Shown piece after piece: positions 62,575-64,000 of a DNA stretch of 64,000 nucleotides. Within the stretch, counting starts at the first letter, position 1; each line of letters begins with the position of its first letter. Below the pieces are notes generated by a model. That model saw only the letters and a program-made list of their open reading frames with translations. It made no database searches and was not told the DNA's origin. The position numbers and the translations under genes were made by a program. Source of the stretch: Heterodontus francisci (taxonomy: Eukaryota); assembly GCF_036365525.1 (NCBI RefSeq), contig NC_090373.1, forward strand, positions 21,567,935 through 21,631,934. Direction: 5' to 3'.

Positions 62575-63221
62575 TTTCTGGTTTCAAATGGCATTTATTG
62601 TATGCTCAAAATCTATTGTAAAAAGCTGACTGTAAACAGGTCTCATTCTTTCCTCACAGAATTCAGTGGTTGAATGTGAGCATGGAGACTCACATACGTT
62701 AATCTGAGACTTCATCATGACGTGTAGCAAAAGCCTTCAGTAGGTAGTCCTGACACAGTTTATTTGCATTTGGCAAGCAACGACCATTTTGCACATTGAG
62801 TGATCGTTTTTCCAATGGTATGTTGGCACTTGCAGAAGCATCCACAAGTTCCATTGTAACCAACTGACGATTTTCTGAGCTCTCTGTCAACTTCCTAAAA
62901 AGAATGAAATTGTTACTTGTTTTTTTGCGTGTTTGTTTTCCAGCAGTGCGGTGTTGGATGCTCTCTTTCGCTGCTGCGATGGCTCTTGGACTAAGTGGCG
63001 CAAAACTGTTGCCCGCTGTGTGTGATCTAACAAAAGATTGTAGCGTGTACAAAATAGTATTCCACCATCTGCATGCAGAATTTGGCTTGTGCTGCTGTAA
63101 TGATTGTGGCTGTTTTTGATTTGCTCATTCTGGCATTCTCACTTGTCTGCTAATACTCGACACTGCTACTCTCAAATCTGCTCCGGAAGCCCTCACTCAT
63201 CTACCAATCGACGAGGTGAAC
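62575..63221 (-). other. Putative terminal exon and 3' UTR of an unidentified minus-strand gene
   Basis: Acceptor ttttattcattgacacaag|g at 63221, early stops in all three frames, repeat-free CpG-retaining sequence, AATAAA at 62594-62599 followed by a U/GU-rich downstream element. Confidence 0.45.
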
Positions 63222-63304
63222 CTTGTGTCAATGAATAAAATGCACGGTTTGCAAAATAGCCAATTTCACAACTATGAATTTGGTGGGGTTCTAAATAGCA
63301 GGAA

Positions 63305-63762
63305 ATTATTTTTATTCTTTCACAGGATGTGAGCGTTACTGGCTAGGCCAGCATTTATTGCCCATCCCTAATTCCCCTTGAGAAAGTGCTTGTGAACTGC
63401 CTTCTTGAACCGCTGCAGTCCATGTGGTAGGTACACCCACAGTGCTGTTAGGAAGGGAGTTCTAGGATTTTGACCCAGCAACAGTGAAGGAACGGCGATA
63501 TAGTTCCAAGTCATGATGGTGTGTGGCTTGGAGGTGAACTTGTAGGTGGTGGTGTTCCCATGTATCTGCTACCCTTGTCCTTCTAGGTGGTAGAGGTCGC
63601 GGGTTTGGAAGGTGCTGTCGAAGGAGCCTTGGTGAGTTGCTGCAGTGCTTCTTGTAGATGGTACACACTGCTGCCACTGTGTGTCAGTGGTGGAGGGAGT
63701 GAATGTTGAAGGTGGTGGATGGGATGGCAATCCAGTGGGCTGCTTTGTCTTGGATGGTGTCA
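63305..63762 (-). mobile_element. CR1-group LINE 3' fragment
   Basis: AAVCTIYKKHCSNSPRLLRQHLPNP and the family tail. Confidence 0.85.
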
Positions 63763-64000
63763 AACAAAGAACAGTACAGCACAGGAACAGGCCATTCGGC
63801 CCTCCAAGCCTGCGCCGATCTTGATGCCTGTCTAAACTAAAACCTTCTGCACTTCCGGGGATCGTATCCCTCTATTCCCATCCTATTTAGGTATTTGTCA
63901 AGATGCCTCTTAAACGTCGCTATCGTACCTGCTTCCACCACCTCCCCCAGCAAGTTCCAGGCACTCACCACTCTCTGTGTAAAGAACTTGCCTCAAGTAC
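63763..64000 (-). mobile_element. CR1 LINE 3' end, running off the window
   Basis: acagcacaggaacaggccattcggccc 3' UTR followed by ORF2 C-terminal codons. Confidence 0.85.

Noticed and set aside
62699-63052. 117-aa minus-strand ORF as a coding exon
   Set aside because: Non-ATG start, upstream in-frame stop and no recognisable homology; better explained as 3' UTR.

Overview
Vertebrate genomic DNA, almost certainly from a shark or other elasmobranch. The inference rests on the repeat repertoire: HE1-type V-SINEs, SacSINE1-type DeuSINEs, abundant CR1/L2 LINEs and Penelope-like elements (PLEs). The window is mostly nested retroelements, three G-rich low-complexity tracts (one riddled with N gaps), a CpG-rich promoter with a probable first exon near 42.6 kb, and a probable minus-strand terminal exon near 63 kb. 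No host protein-coding gene could be named, and all very long ORFs in the track are low-complexity or N artefacts. Main signals: (1) a full-length RTE LINE whose 5' boundary coincides with a hand-folded HDV-like self-cleaving ribozyme; (2) minimal hammerhead ribozymes in PLEs, including two non-autonomous fold-back elements with TSDs and matching asymmetric ends; (3) a decayed GalEa-like Ty1/copia element; (4) a 7.3-kb satellite with a near-invariant, CTCF-like 20-bp core that grew from the first 5' splice site. All folds and alignments were done by eye.
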